The translations under genes were made by a program, and so were the position numbers. Below, piece after piece: positions 26,434 to 35,873 of a stretch of 64,000 nt of DNA. The notes beneath the pieces were generated by a model. It was not told the DNA's origin. It saw only the letters and a program-made list of their open reading frames with translations, and made no database searches. Within the stretch, counting starts at the first letter, position 1. Each line of letters opens with the position of its first letter. Origin of the DNA: a virus; IMG/VR virus record IMGVR_UViG_3300031965_000005, positions 1 through 64,000 of that record. The stretch is one strand, 5' to 3'.

Positions 26434-27523
26434 CTAATTCCATAGAAAGAGCAGACAATATATCTGATGCAATACCTCGCACTGACACTAACACTCCATC
26501 TAAATATTCAGAAACTTCTTCGTCATCGGAATGGGTGCCCTGCATACCCTTCACACAAGATGCTAGGTTAATCACATGCTCAAGCAAGCATACTAAGGAC
26601 TGAAACGGAGTGGCCTGCACTACATCTGTATTTATGGGCTCCGGAGCTATGTCGCCATCTTTCTTGACTTTCTCTTCCACAACATGCTCAGCAATCGCCT
26701 CTCCCGTCGATTGTTTCGGCTTCCTACCAACTGGCTTACCAACGATTTCTACCTCAGTCTCTACTTCACCCTCTCGCACATCTTTCTCAATATCACTATT
26801 TGAAACAGATTTCTTGACAGGCGGGTGTTCTTCTCCTTCTTTCATCTCTTTGAGCTTAGATTCAGTATCCTTTGGGGCCTTAGAAACGGCATGATCTTTA
26901 ACGAGTACATGCGCCCACTCGTAAGTAGTAAGTCCATTTGCCCACTTAACTACGGCGCGGCCTTCGCTATCAACTTTAAAAACTACACCCTTAACCACAT
27001 GCATTCCAGTCTTTGCGAAATTCTTGACTACTACATCTCCCACCAAAGCGGGATTCATGGATACAAACTTAGCTGAAGGTTGAACTACTAACTCATTAGC
27101 TGGATTGTCTGTGCTGGCCTGCATATAATCCGACATTCTTTTTTCTTCTGTAGTAATCGTTTTATCTTTCTCATCTACATCAGGCAATTTCTCACCATCT
27201 CGCAAAGTCTCATCTGGCTCCGCAACCGGATTATCTCCCATCGGTGGTTTTTCTGTGTATTGCTTATAGGGATAAACTGGCGGCAGTTCGCGTGTGGGTT
27301 CTTGATCTGCTTTGTTAATATTACTTCGTGCCTGCTCCCCAGTGATCACCTTGACGACCTTGGCTACTGACTTTTTAGAACTCATCATGGCATCAAAAAC
27401 TTTTCGAGCATAATGCTCTTCTTTATCTGTCAGTGGAATGCTAGCTTGCCTCTTTCTCAAGATGGAGTCTAGCATATCCTTGTTAATTTCCATTTTCTTT
27501 TCTACTTCTCCCTTCTTAATCAT
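26405..27523 (-). CDS. acidic 372-aa hypothetical protein
   Basis: Long Glu/Lys/Asp-rich ORF with no recognised motif. Confidence 0.55.
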   Translation of the reverse strand: MIKKGEVEKKMEINKDMLDSILRKRQASIPLTDKEEHYARKVFDAMMSSKKSVAKVVKVITGEQARSNINKADQEPTRELPPVYPYKQYTEKPPMGDNPVAEPDETLRDGEKLPDVDEKDKTITTEEKRMSDYMQASTDNPANELVVQPSAKFVSMNPALVGDVVVKNFAKTGMHVVKGVVFKVDSEGRAVVKWANGLTTYEWAHVLVKDHAVSKAPKDTESKLKEMKEGEEHPPVKKSVSNSDIEKDVREGEVETEVEIVGKPVGRKPKQSTGEAIAEHVVEEKVKKDGDIAPEPINTDVVQATPFQSLVCLLEHVINLASCVKGMQGTHSDDEEVSEYLDGVLVSVRGIASDILSALSMELGEAEHKEES

Positions 27524-28269
27524 GGCTCAACATATCCCCTCTCTTCGCTATCCTTAAAATATTCAACTAAAGATGATAAGATATTAGTAAGCCTGCGTAA
27601 TTCTTTTCTTTCGTTTTCTGTTAAATCTTTCTCTGGCTCGTACTCTTTAATGGATTTCATCACTTCCATCAAGCTATCAACCGTATGTTGTACACCCTTT
27701 AATAAATCTTGAGTAGCCATTGCCTTCTCTTGTTTAAATTGTTCAATTTGCTGAAGACGCTCTTTAGCTTCCTTTTCGCTGTCATAGGTACCCATAGGCT
27801 TACCACTTTCAGAGTAGACTGTATACTGACTACCCTCTCGACGAATGTACTTGATCATTTTCTCCTGTCGTTGGGACTCGACTATAGCATTCGACACTTT
27901 ATTCCCACTATCCCACCGACTTATTACCTCCGCAGCAGATCTAGCCGAAGCTTCATCATCAATTTCACCGTCTGGTTGCTTAATGAGGTCTCTACCAGCG
28001 TCATGTAAGACAGACTCAGTAAAGTCAATATCTCCTTCTCGAACCGCTTTCATGGCGCTATCAACAGCCATACGTTGTTCATTAGCTGTTGGTGCCTTTT
28101 GATCAGGCTTCTGCTTCCGTCCTCCACCGCCAGAAGAAAACTTACCATCTTCGCCTCGTGGATGCTTTTCTTCCTCAAATTCAGCTTTGTTGACAAGCCT
28201 AGAATCTCGCTTACCTATCGGAGTTCTATTGAAAAAGCTAATTAAATCTAAAATTTTAGAAGTGTCCAT
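27520..28269 (-). CDS. hypothetical protein carrying an EEKHPRGxDGKF-polyGly motif
   Basis: 249 aa. AEFEEEKHPRGEDGKFSSGGGGRK mirrors the linker in the MuF polyvalent protein. Confidence 0.55.
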   Translation of the reverse strand: MDTSKILDLISFFNRTPIGKRDSRLVNKAEFEEEKHPRGEDGKFSSGGGGRKQKPDQKAPTANEQRMAVDSAMKAVREGDIDFTESVLHDAGRDLIKQPDGEIDDEASARSAAEVISRWDSGNKVSNAIVESQRQEKMIKYIRREGSQYTVYSESGKPMGTYDSEKEAKERLQQIEQFKQEKAMATQDLLKGVQHTVDSLMEVMKSIKEYEPEKDLTENERKELRRLTNILSSLVEYFKDSEERGYVEP

Positions 28270-28270
28270 T

Positions 28271-28423
28271 TTAAGAATTGGGGCGTGAAGGCTTGTTTAC
28301 TTTTGCAAACCTATTTGTTATAAAATCAGCAGTCTTCCTATCCACCAAAGTCTTTTTTAGTTTCAATTTGGTATCTAGAGATTTGTTAATCTGGTCTTCC
28401 TGTTCTTTAGTTAAGCGTAGCAT
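28271..28423 (-). CDS. 50-aa hypothetical protein (below track cutoff)
   Basis: My translation is MLRLTKEQEDQINKSLD.... Its ATG directly follows the stop of the preceding ORF. Confidence 0.35.
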   Translation of the reverse strand: MLRLTKEQEDQINKSLDTKLKLKKTLVDRKTADFITNRFAKVNKPSRPNS

Positions 28424-28669
28424 CTACTTGAAAACTCCTCTTTCTTGTAGCTTCCGTAAGCAACTCTTTGTATCCCATGCGATAACATATGGCTCTAAAG
28501 CTGGTTCTCTTCTAATCTCGAAAAATAAAAATTTGCTACTAAATTCACTCCCACCACACCCCCAACAGGTAAGCCCTATTGGGGTGCTAGCCGCGTTATA
28601 AACTATCTGCAGAAGATTCTGATTCTTCATCCTCTTCTTCGCATGTACAACTATCAACGTCCCACCCAC
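28424..28669 (-). CDS. uncertain ORF (GTG start)
   Basis: 81 aa. Its stop abuts the next ATG, but the start is GTG with no RBS, and it overlaps an alternative 39-aa ORF. Confidence 0.3.
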   Translation of the reverse strand: MGGTLIVVHAKKRMKNQNLLQIVYNAASTPIGLTCWGCGGSEFSSKFLFFEIRREPALEPYVIAWDTKSCLRKLQERGVFK

Positions 28670-28715
28670 ATTCGGGGCACCTATAATAAACAGAAGCTGA
28701 GACAGCCCATGTCAT
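28596..28715 (-). CDS. 39-aa Cys-rich acidic peptide (alternative to 28424..28669)
   Basis: ATGA coupling to the upstream stop. My translation is MTWAVSASVYYRCPECGWDVDSCTCEEEDEESESSADSL. Confidence 0.3.
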   Translation of the reverse strand: MTWAVSASVYYRCPECGWDVDSCTCEEEDEESESSADSL

Positions 28716-29005
28716 GTTCTATGTGCCCCTACTCCACCATCCCAAGTCCCTGCGAATCCTATTCCCTGACCGGATGTATCTCCCGAAATCCTAGGCTGTT
28801 GCTTTTTCTCTTTATCATGAAGACCAGTGATTATGGGAGAGATTTCATACTCGGTTTCCGTTGCTCCTACTACTTTCGTTCTATCTTCCGGCCTCCGTCT
28901 GACTGGCGGAGCATATTCTACGGTGTCCATAACTCTCTTCACTTCAGTCTTCCCAATTCTAGGAGCAATATTTCTCAATAAGTCCAAAGCTTCCTGCTTA
29001 ATCAT
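28712..29005 (-). CDS. hypothetical protein
   Basis: Start trimmed to MIKQEALDLL (ATG 29003-29005), 1 nt after the upstream stop. Confidence 0.45.
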   Translation of the reverse strand: MIKQEALDLLRNIAPRIGKTEVKRVMDTVEYAPPVRRRPEDRTKVVGATETEYEISPIITGLHDKEKKQQPRISGDTSGQGIGFAGTWDGGVGAHRT

Positions 29006-29006
29006 A

Positions 29007-29369
29007 TTAGCATCCTTGGCCTTCAGGATTGATCTTTTTTCGTGTAGATCGCTTATTGGTAAGATTTTTCCTAGAGGCCCTACGGGCTTTTTTTGGCGGT
29101 TCACTCGAACTTGTAAACGATCTACTATCTTCATTTGATGGCGGAACTGCATCTTTTTTATTTATCGCCCTAGATACCCATTTGCCATATTTAGCCATAA
29201 TCTTTTTTTGAAACTTCACTAAGCAATCATCGGAGCAGAAATGAGAAGGACCTTCCTCACTTTCGTTACAATGGCTGTGGGGATAATATACCATAATTGC
29301 GTTGCTGAGAATCTCTTTTATACAGAAGTCACAAATGTAGACCGTATTGGGTGAAAGTTGTTTAATCAT
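29007..29369 (-). CDS. Cys/His-rich protein with basic tail
   Basis: 120 aa. Contains CDFC...HSHC...CSDDC and a Lys/Arg-rich C-terminus. Confidence 0.5.
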   Translation of the reverse strand: MIKQLSPNTVYICDFCIKEILSNAIMVYYPHSHCNESEEGPSHFCSDDCLVKFQKKIMAKYGKWVSRAINKKDAVPPSNEDSRSFTSSSEPPKKARRASRKNLTNKRSTRKKINPEGQGC

Positions 29370-29745
29370 GATCTGCTTTCCACTCCTTTACTTCAAATAT
29401 TCCTTGCTTATTAAACCAATCCTTAAACACCGATCGAATAGAACTATATCCAAACTTTATGGCTTCAGAACTCAAAATAACTTTCGTCATCGGTGCTCCC
29501 CACGATTCCTTCTTTACTATTTGATTCTTCTCATCATATTCCCATCTACGACAGAGCAGCGGTCTATCTTTAATAATTTCTAAATAGCCTTCTAAAGCAC
29601 ATTCCGATACGAAATTACGAATAACTGGATCCCATTCTGTGTCTTGGTCTTGCAATAGAAGATACTGACCTTGGTGTTCTTCCCATTTAGGCTCGATCAT
29701 CTGCAAGACCAATCTCGAAGTTTCCATCCTAACTTGACTAACCAC
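29362..29745 (-). CDS. hypothetical protein
   Basis: 127 aa. Confidence 0.5.
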   Translation of the reverse strand: MVSQVRMETSRLVLQMIEPKWEEHQGQYLLLQDQDTEWDPVIRNFVSECALEGYLEIIKDRPLLCRRWEYDEKNQIVKKESWGAPMTKVILSSEAIKFGYSSIRSVFKDWFNKQGIFEVKEWKADHD

Positions 29746-29754
29746 TTGGATAAT

Positions 29755-30174
29755 TTATAGGTCAATCTTTTGATCCACATGATGATTGGCCTTGTTTTTT
29801 CTAATTATTGACCATTTGGGGTTGTAGGTCACCTGCAATGGCTGATCTGAAGGTATATACCTTTCCGTAGCCCTACACGCTGGGACTCTACTATCTGGTG
29901 ACATCGCATACTGCACTATACCAGTAGATAGTACTGAGTCTGAAACCCACTCTTTAGCTCGCGTGATTGGAACAGTCCATATGTACTCCCCACAAAAGCA
30001 AATATCGCCTTCTTGTATGCCAAAACCAACACTATATTCATCCATAGGCCGATAATCCAACGGGCTTTTTTCGGTCACCATCGACATAAGTACTCTTAGG
30101 ACTTTAGCTATGTAATACTTTTTTACTCGCCAAGAATGAATTAACCGAGCCGGATCACAATAAGAATAAGTCAT
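29755..30174 (-). CDS. hypothetical protein with WSIIRKNK C-terminal motif
   Basis: 139 aa. The motif is shared with 45242..45616 and 47605..47832. Confidence 0.5.
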   Translation of the reverse strand: MTYSYCDPARLIHSWRVKKYYIAKVLRVLMSMVTEKSPLDYRPMDEYSVGFGIQEGDICFCGEYIWTVPITRAKEWVSDSVLSTGIVQYAMSPDSRVPACRATERYIPSDQPLQVTYNPKWSIIRKNKANHHVDQKIDL

Positions 30175-30264
30175 TCGCTGCCCACGTATTCTAATTGGCT
30201 ATTGCTATCACGAAAAAGAGAAGAATGACGCACACTGTATATTCAATCAACTCTGCAGATATCA

Positions 30265-30471
30265 TCATTCCCCTAGTTGCTCTCTGAGCCACTTTTCATC
30301 ATTTGACTTGTGCTTCCATTCTTCACCCTCTTCTACAAGTGGCTGACTGAACAACGGAGATTTTTCTAATTCTTTGTTTACTTGCCAAGCGGTGTATATA
30401 ATCCCTAAAAGAAAGCCTGAAACGAACACAATAAGAAGAGCTACTCCAATCACTATTAATTCAAGTAACAT
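30265..30471 (-). CDS. single-TM small protein
   Basis: 68 aa. N-terminal LLELIVIGVALLIVFVSGFLLGIIY. Confidence 0.5.
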   Translation of the reverse strand: MLLELIVIGVALLIVFVSGFLLGIIYTAWQVNKELEKSPLFSQPLVEEGEEWKHKSNDEKWLREQLGE

Positions 30472-30736
30472 GATTAGTCATGCTCCACATAGGCTTGCCA
30501 TCACTAATTTCTTCCGTTGTTACTGTATATGAGACCGTTCTACTCTTAATTATTTTAATAAAAGGGCAGTAAGAACACTTGTAATGGTCTTCATGTATAG
30601 TTATAATGGCATCTGCTGTCGAAGGTTCATTGTAAAATGTCGAGGCTATAATATAATTCCATCTATGATTGCAATCGGAAGTCATCAATCCTCCCACAGG
30701 CCAGCCTTTTTCAATATCTCCACATGCTGCAACCAC
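30461..30736 (-). CDS. hypothetical Cys/His-containing protein
   Basis: 91 aa. Confidence 0.45.
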   Translation of the reverse strand: MVAACGDIEKGWPVGGLMTSDCNHRWNYIIASTFYNEPSTADAIITIHEDHYKCSYCPFIKIIKSRTVSYTVTTEEISDGKPMWSMTNHVT

Positions 30737-30797
30737 ATGAGACTTTCTTCTCGTCTAACTCGTACTCTTCGGCCTTTTTGGGTCGGCCTATCTTGAT

Positions 30798-31037
30798 CTA
30801 ATTCTTCGTCTTGATGCTTACGGTGTAAGCGATGTACTCGGTCTCTTGAGTGCATTTACATTCCTCACAATGCTCGACCTTCACCTCTGTTCCAGATTTG
30901 TAGGTTCGATATGTGGTATTGGTGCTAATTGTGATCCTATCACAACGATCACAGAACATAGCATAATCATACTTTTTTGTGACCTTTATGATTTCATCTT
31001 TTGGACTCATTAAGATCCTATGCTCTTCGTATACCAC
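30798..31037 (-). CDS. small zinc-ribbon protein
   Basis: 79 aa with CDRCDR...CEECKC. Confidence 0.5.
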   Translation of the reverse strand: MVYEEHRILMSPKDEIIKVTKKYDYAMFCDRCDRITISTNTTYRTYKSGTEVKVEHCEECKCTQETEYIAYTVSIKTKN

Positions 31038-32821
31038 TCAGGCGGAATCTCACCATAACGAACTAACTTTTCACTTTCCGATCGAATTGGATGCTTCCAC
31101 AGGCTTTGCGCAGAGCCGATAGATTTACCTATAGCGCTTGTCCAAGCCTGAAATGAAGTCTTGCCGAACTTGATGCAAAGGTTCGCACATCCAGCAACTG
31201 CATCAGCTATGTCTTTAGATCCTTGGTTCATTCCATCCTCGTTGAGCACACGCCTAGAAGAGTGAGCCGGATGATCTACTTTTCCTTTAGGAGTGACAGT
31301 CAGTTCTTCTAATTCTCTTATCAAAATATTGTGAGGATAACACTCGAAGATTCCCCGATAAATTAAAGATTTAAGCGTATCATATGCCTCATTGTCTCTA
31401 TCAACACTCTGTTCTTCGGCATGAACCCCCGCTTTTCTAAGTAATTGAATTGAATCCATAGACTGCCAACCATCATAAGTTACTAACTGTATTGGAAATT
31501 TTTTAACTCTAGCTAGGTTCTCAATCAGGCCACGGACTTCCTCAAACATAATTTCACCTTCAGCGGGTGCTCGAATCTGTAATACTAAATCCATAAATGC
31601 TCCAACCGCTTTATCGCCTTGAGCCCCACTAAGATCGAAGCCTTCATTGATTAACACACCTTGCACGAAGTCTGGCGGCAAACTAACTTCCATATCCCGC
31701 TGATAATGCCCCATTGCTAATCCACAACGATCGCCGCCTTTGGCTCCCTTAGCTAAGTCTACATGAATGAAATAAACGGTATTCGGTGCCGGATCGAACC
31801 AATCTTTAAATTGCAAATTTCTCAAATCCATAACGCTTATCTTATCCCCTACAATCGGGTTGTCCTTCATCCATCCGTTGATGACTTGAGAAATCCTACT
31901 TCTATACCTGAAATATCCTCCTTCGGAAGTCTTACCTTTACACTCATAAGTTCGTTTTGATCCCTCAGGATCTCTAATGTAATCTTTAGTAAAATCCTCT
32001 TTGACCCGCTTTAAATTCACTTCCCACGTAGCATAAGGACCGCTTCTATATGTCTGGGGCTCCTTTGCAGCCTGATCAAAACGCAACATCATGAAATCAT
32101 TGTCTGATCTTTTATAAGAAATTAGAAAGATTTTCATATACTTGGGAAATCTTGATCGCGCCGAAGTTACCAACGCATCATATAGACCACTAGCTTTCTT
32201 AGGATCAAAGCCACCCACTTCATCGAAGATGACAAAGAACAAATTTAATCCTTCTCCAGTGTACTCTTCACTATCTAAAGAGTGAGCAGTAATGTTCTTC
32301 GGAAAATCTATCTGTCTAGTCTTAATATTATGGCGTAAGTTCAAACCACGTTCAACAAACCAATTTCGCCCCGTCTTGGGGTTCTTACAGGATCTTACCA
32401 TGATCTTGAAGTATTTGAAGAACACCTCTTTAGCAAGCTTACTGTTAATGCAGACGTTACCAAGCTCCAATTTGTCCTCTATGGATGGGACTTTTTCAGC
32501 ACCAGCGCTGAGATATTCCATAGGATTCTTCATACACATAAGCTTGTATACCGCGTAACACAACGCTTTTGATGAAGTTCTATCTTTACCAGATCCTTTC
32601 CCCCACAAAGCCTGAAGCTCATCGTACTCCGTAGACCATTCTTTAGGGTCATTACCGAAGGCATTTCGGACTAAATCTCTTTGTGGACCTGCGAAAAGCG
32701 GCTCTCCTATAAATTTTTCAAAGAACTCATCTGGGTCTACAGGTGTTTCTTCCCAGATGCTATCATCTATATTCCCATCATCAGTGGTATGTTGGATTGG
32801 TACGACTCGAACTATCTTCAT
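31010..32821 (-). CDS. terL: terminase large subunit
   Basis: 603 aa. Walker A-like GKGSGKDRT, Walker B FFVIFDEVGG, and a C-terminal RNaseH-like nuclease region (LVTYDGWQS...). Confidence 0.85.
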   Translation of the reverse strand: MKIVRVVPIQHTTDDGNIDDSIWEETPVDPDEFFEKFIGEPLFAGPQRDLVRNAFGNDPKEWSTEYDELQALWGKGSGKDRTSSKALCYAVYKLMCMKNPMEYLSAGAEKVPSIEDKLELGNVCINSKLAKEVFFKYFKIMVRSCKNPKTGRNWFVERGLNLRHNIKTRQIDFPKNITAHSLDSEEYTGEGLNLFFVIFDEVGGFDPKKASGLYDALVTSARSRFPKYMKIFLISYKRSDNDFMMLRFDQAAKEPQTYRSGPYATWEVNLKRVKEDFTKDYIRDPEGSKRTYECKGKTSEGGYFRYRSRISQVINGWMKDNPIVGDKISVMDLRNLQFKDWFDPAPNTVYFIHVDLAKGAKGGDRCGLAMGHYQRDMEVSLPPDFVQGVLINEGFDLSGAQGDKAVGAFMDLVLQIRAPAEGEIMFEEVRGLIENLARVKKFPIQLVTYDGWQSMDSIQLLRKAGVHAEEQSVDRDNEAYDTLKSLIYRGIFECYPHNILIRELEELTVTPKGKVDHPAHSSRRVLNEDGMNQGSKDIADAVAGCANLCIKFGKTSFQAWTSAIGKSIGSAQSLWKHPIRSESEKLVRYGEIPPEWYTKSIGS

Positions 32822-33374
32822 CTCCCACCAATAAGGAATCTAACCATACTTTGAAATCCTGCTCTATTAGTTTTCTACTATTCTGATCGACTATATGCTT
32901 CTCGAAAAGGTCATGAACTTTCTTAAATACCATATCTGTAGTGAGGATTTGATGGAGCTTGTATTCCACATTCACCCTTGTTTCTATTAGTTTAGCTTTG
33001 GTCTCTTTAAGCTTTCTAATCTGATCGGCCAACAACATGGGGTTCTTCTCTTCCATGTAATCTATCAGAGCGGCCAATCTCAGGATTTCATCATCTAACT
33101 CCATAAAGCTAGATTTATCCTTCTTAAGCTCTTCTGCTCTACCAATCACCTCTACTGCCGCATCTCCCAACAGCGACCCCACATCATCAAGTGCTGCCCT
33201 ACGTCGCTCGACCGCCGCTGCCCATTTAGCCTTGACGTTATGTTGCGCACATCTTTCTCCCCCGCCATCTAACTCACAATATCCCTCTTTGGTTTGACTA
33301 TCTAACCAGATTCTAGCATTGCATTTATCTTTTTCTGGTTGTTTATGGGATATTGTAAACTCTCTGAAGGACAT
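32781..33374 (-). CDS. coiled-coil protein, possible terminase small subunit
   Basis: Start trimmed to MSFREFT (ATG 33372-33374). Lies immediately upstream of terL. The call rests on position and the coiled-coil only. Confidence 0.35.
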   Translation of the reverse strand: MSFREFTISHKQPEKDKCNARIWLDSQTKEGYCELDGGGERCAQHNVKAKWAAAVERRRAALDDVGSLLGDAAVEVIGRAEELKKDKSSFMELDDEILRLAALIDYMEEKNPMLLADQIRKLKETKAKLIETRVNVEYKLHQILTTDMVFKKVHDLFEKHIVDQNSRKLIEQDFKVWLDSLLVGDEDSSSRTNPTYH

Positions 33375-33378
33375 CTGA

Positions 33379-33702
33379 TTATACCTGGATCCCTTCCCGT
33401 ACCGCCAAAGCTCCAACTGTCCTTATCGTTTCTCTTAATCCTATACGGAAGATATATTCTACTAATTCCTTATGGGATAGGGAAGTATCTTGAGAAAATA
33501 TCTTAGCCAACTGATAATCTACTGCTTCCAGACCCCTTAGAGTAATATCTAAATTTATCTTGACGACTTCACCATCTATACCTAAAGGTTCCTTAGATAG
33601 TCGGTCCGTAAGATTATACACGTCGTTCTGAATTTTTTCTTTAGTGGTAGTATTCATATTATGGATGGAATAATGGCTTTCCACAGTTATGTTGAAGTAC
33701 AA
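33379..33702 (-). CDS. hypothetical protein
   Basis: 107 aa. Confidence 0.5.
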   Translation of the reverse strand: MYFNITVESHYSIHNMNTTTKEKIQNDVYNLTDRLSKEPLGIDGEVVKINLDITLRGLEAVDYQLAKIFSQDTSLSHKELVEYIFRIGLRETIRTVGALAVREGIQV

Positions 33703-34187
33703 CCATTCGTCGTTTTCATTGCTTCCAATTCTTCCTGAATAAGAGCTTTTAAGTTCCTTTTGGCAGCTTTAAGATATTTCGATACCATCTGTTGAGTAAC
33801 TCTTCCACCAGAAGGGTAGATAAACTTGTCAGCCATCTGTTGCTGAGTCAATGGCTCAACCCTACCTATACCGAAGAAGCCTTTCAATACTTTGGCTTGC
33901 ATAAAATTCTTCCTGGCAAGCTTTACAATCGCAGATTCCAAAGCCTGAAGATATGCTTGCATCTTAGGGCTTAATTCCATCTTCATATAATCTTGTGGTA
34001 TATTTAGATACTGATATAAAATCTCCAATCCTCTAGGATCCAACAAAACTTCCCATCTGGGGTGCATATTAGGCTTGCCTAAGTAATAGTCAAGGTAAAG
34101 ATTCCAAGCTTTTTGTAACTCTTCAGCAGGTAGATCATCTGAAGGTCTTTTCGGTGGTTCTATTATTTTTGATCGTATCTTAGACAT
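33687..34187 (-). CDS. sigma-70 region-4-like HTH protein (late regulator or DNA-recognition subunit)
   Basis: Start trimmed to MSKIRSK (ATG 34185-34187) so that it clears the terminator hairpin. The C-terminal LTQQQMADKF...VTQQMVSKYLKAAKRNLKAL resembles sigma region 4. Confidence 0.4.
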   Translation of the reverse strand: MSKIRSKIIEPPKRPSDDLPAEELQKAWNLYLDYYLGKPNMHPRWEVLLDPRGLEILYQYLNIPQDYMKMELSPKMQAYLQALESAIVKLARKNFMQAKVLKGFFGIGRVEPLTQQQMADKFIYPSGGRVTQQMVSKYLKAAKRNLKALIQEELEAMKTTNGCTST

Positions 34188-34202
34188 TATTATCTTCCCA
34201 TA

Positions 34203-34256
34203 AAGCAAAAGCCGAGAGCAACTAGTCATACTTCCGACTGGTCACCCTCGGCTCTC
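34203..34256 (-). terminator. intrinsic-terminator-like hairpin closing the early/accessory operon
   Basis: On the minus strand: GAGAGCCGAG ... CTCGGCTTTTGCTTT (6 GC-rich bp plus A-U/G-U extensions, then a U-tract). It sits in one of the very few intergenic regions. Confidence 0.45.
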
Positions 34257-34292
34257 TCGCCGCTGAGGACGCTTGCTTAAGTTATACTATCT

Positions 34293-34400
34293 TCAATCTT
34301 TGTTTATATACATAAATATCTTTACAGCCAAAGCAAAGCCTATGCCGACACTGACAATCGCCAGAATGGTGGTAAACGCAGCTTCAAGATATTCCAACAT
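34293..34400 (-). CDS. 35-aa single-TM peptide (below track cutoff)
   Basis: GGAG lies 6 nt upstream. My translation is MLEYLEAAFTTILAIVSVGIGFALAVKIFMYINKD. Confidence 0.35.
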   Translation of the reverse strand: MLEYLEAAFTTILAIVSVGIGFALAVKIFMYINKD

Positions 34401-34576
34401 CACATACTCCTAATTGTGCACAAGACGAAACTGGACAACCCATAAAAGAACATTAGTAGCGCCAACTTCGTATCCCCTTTCATTAAATAAATACAAGTTG
34501 CACTAATCTCTAATACCCCAATGCTAAACACGAACCAATTTGCAATATACATTTGTAGATCTCTTTCTATTCTTTA

Positions 34577-34747
34577 TTAACAGTTCTTATTTTTCACGTA
34601 TTCTTTGACCCTCATACCATCCAGTCTATTTGCTTGAATAACAAATTCAACCGTACAAAAGCTCTCTCTGTTGACCTTTTCTCTGTGAGCTTCTATAAAC
34701 TGAATTATCTGATCAGCTACACTAATTTTGTCGGTTAATGATTTCAT
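34577..34747 (-). CDS. 56-aa hypothetical protein (below track cutoff)
   Basis: My translation is MKSLTDKISVADQIIQFIEAHREKVNRESF.... Confidence 0.35.
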   Translation of the reverse strand: MKSLTDKISVADQIIQFIEAHREKVNRESFCTVEFVIQANRLDGMRVKEYVKNKNC

Positions 34748-34764
34748 TTTATGCTCTTGCTAGT

Positions 34765-35076
34765 TCAAGATTTATCAGACTTGGAAGATTCCTTTTTGGA
34801 GCCCAATCTGGCCAAAGTCTCTAAGGCGGCCTTCGTTTGCTCCTTACTCAGTCTATAGCTGCCCTCAAATGCTTTATAGAGTTGAGCTATGACTCCTTTT
34901 AGATTTGAACAATAAATACGTATGATTCCAGACTTTAAAGTGTGTCCTTCAACAACGTAACCATTGGACAATCTCTTAATAGTAAGTTGATCCGCCGATT
35001 CTCTTAAAATGGAAAATATGGGAGAATCATTTTGAACAGCAAATTGCTTGTGTGATTCATCACTGAAAGTGGTCAT
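34765..35076 (-). CDS. hypothetical cytoplasmic protein translationally coupled to the protease gene
   Basis: 103 aa. ATGA overlap with the stop of 35073..35873. No signal peptide. Confidence 0.5.
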   Translation of the reverse strand: MTTFSDESHKQFAVQNDSPIFSILRESADQLTIKRLSNGYVVEGHTLKSGIIRIYCSNLKGVIAQLYKAFEGSYRLSKEQTKAALETLARLGSKKESSKSDKS

Positions 35077-35873
35077 CGATTACCTCCACTGGATGCTCCG
35101 GAGAAAGCTAACAACAAAGCTGCTTCCTTTACAGATATAGCAAAGTTCATCCCGACATTGCTGCCCGTATTTGTGATCTGAGATAGTATAATTCCCAAAA
35201 GCTCGCCATTTGTATTTACAAGGGCTCCCCCACTTGAGCCTGGATTAACCATGGCATCAATTTGTATGAGACTTTCGACATAAAGAGAACTTGATCCATC
35301 AGAGGATCCTTCCCGCAGAAACCATCCTTTTGGCTGTATATTACTGTCATCGCCGTATTCCCCATCTTCCAATTTTCTTGGCTCCCTAATGGCTCTATTT
35401 ACTCCACTAACAATTCCCTTAGATACTGAAGCTTCATCTCTAGTGCCTTGGATCATATTAGAAGCTGGAAATCCCAAAGCCAATATTTCTTCACCCCGTA
35501 AAGGCTCTCTCTTAGAGACTGCTATTGGAGTAAGTCTCTTACATTGCGCCTTAATCAAAGCAATATCTCTATGCGCATCGGCTACATAAAATAAAGCGGG
35601 GCAAACTGTGCCGGTAGATGTTTTAACGAATACATGGGCGGCTCCAGTAATATTATGTTTCGCAGTCAATATATAACCATTAGCTGACACCACCACTCCG
35701 CTGCCTACCGTACTTACCTCCATAGTGCCTGTAGCCACACCCACTTGCACTATTGAAGGAGTAATTCGATCTACCATTTTCTCCAGCCGTCCTTCCTCTG
35801 CCGCAAAGGCTGAAGAAGACAAAAGCGAAATTTGTACTCCTAGTAATATGAGGCAAAATCTTCTACTCATCAT
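35073..35873 (-). CDS. secreted trypsin-like serine protease (S1C/HtrA-like catalytic domain, no PDZ)
   Basis: Signal peptide MMSRRFCLILLGVQISLLSSSAFA/AE. Catalytic triad contexts: ILTAKHNI, DIALIK and NPGSSGGALV. Confidence 0.75.
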   Translation of the reverse strand: MMSRRFCLILLGVQISLLSSSAFAAEEGRLEKMVDRITPSIVQVGVATGTMEVSTVGSGVVVSANGYILTAKHNITGAAHVFVKTSTGTVCPALFYVADAHRDIALIKAQCKRLTPIAVSKREPLRGEEILALGFPASNMIQGTRDEASVSKGIVSGVNRAIREPRKLEDGEYGDDSNIQPKGWFLREGSSDGSSSLYVESLIQIDAMVNPGSSGGALVNTNGELLGIILSQITNTGSNVGMNFAISVKEAALLLAFSGASSGGNR

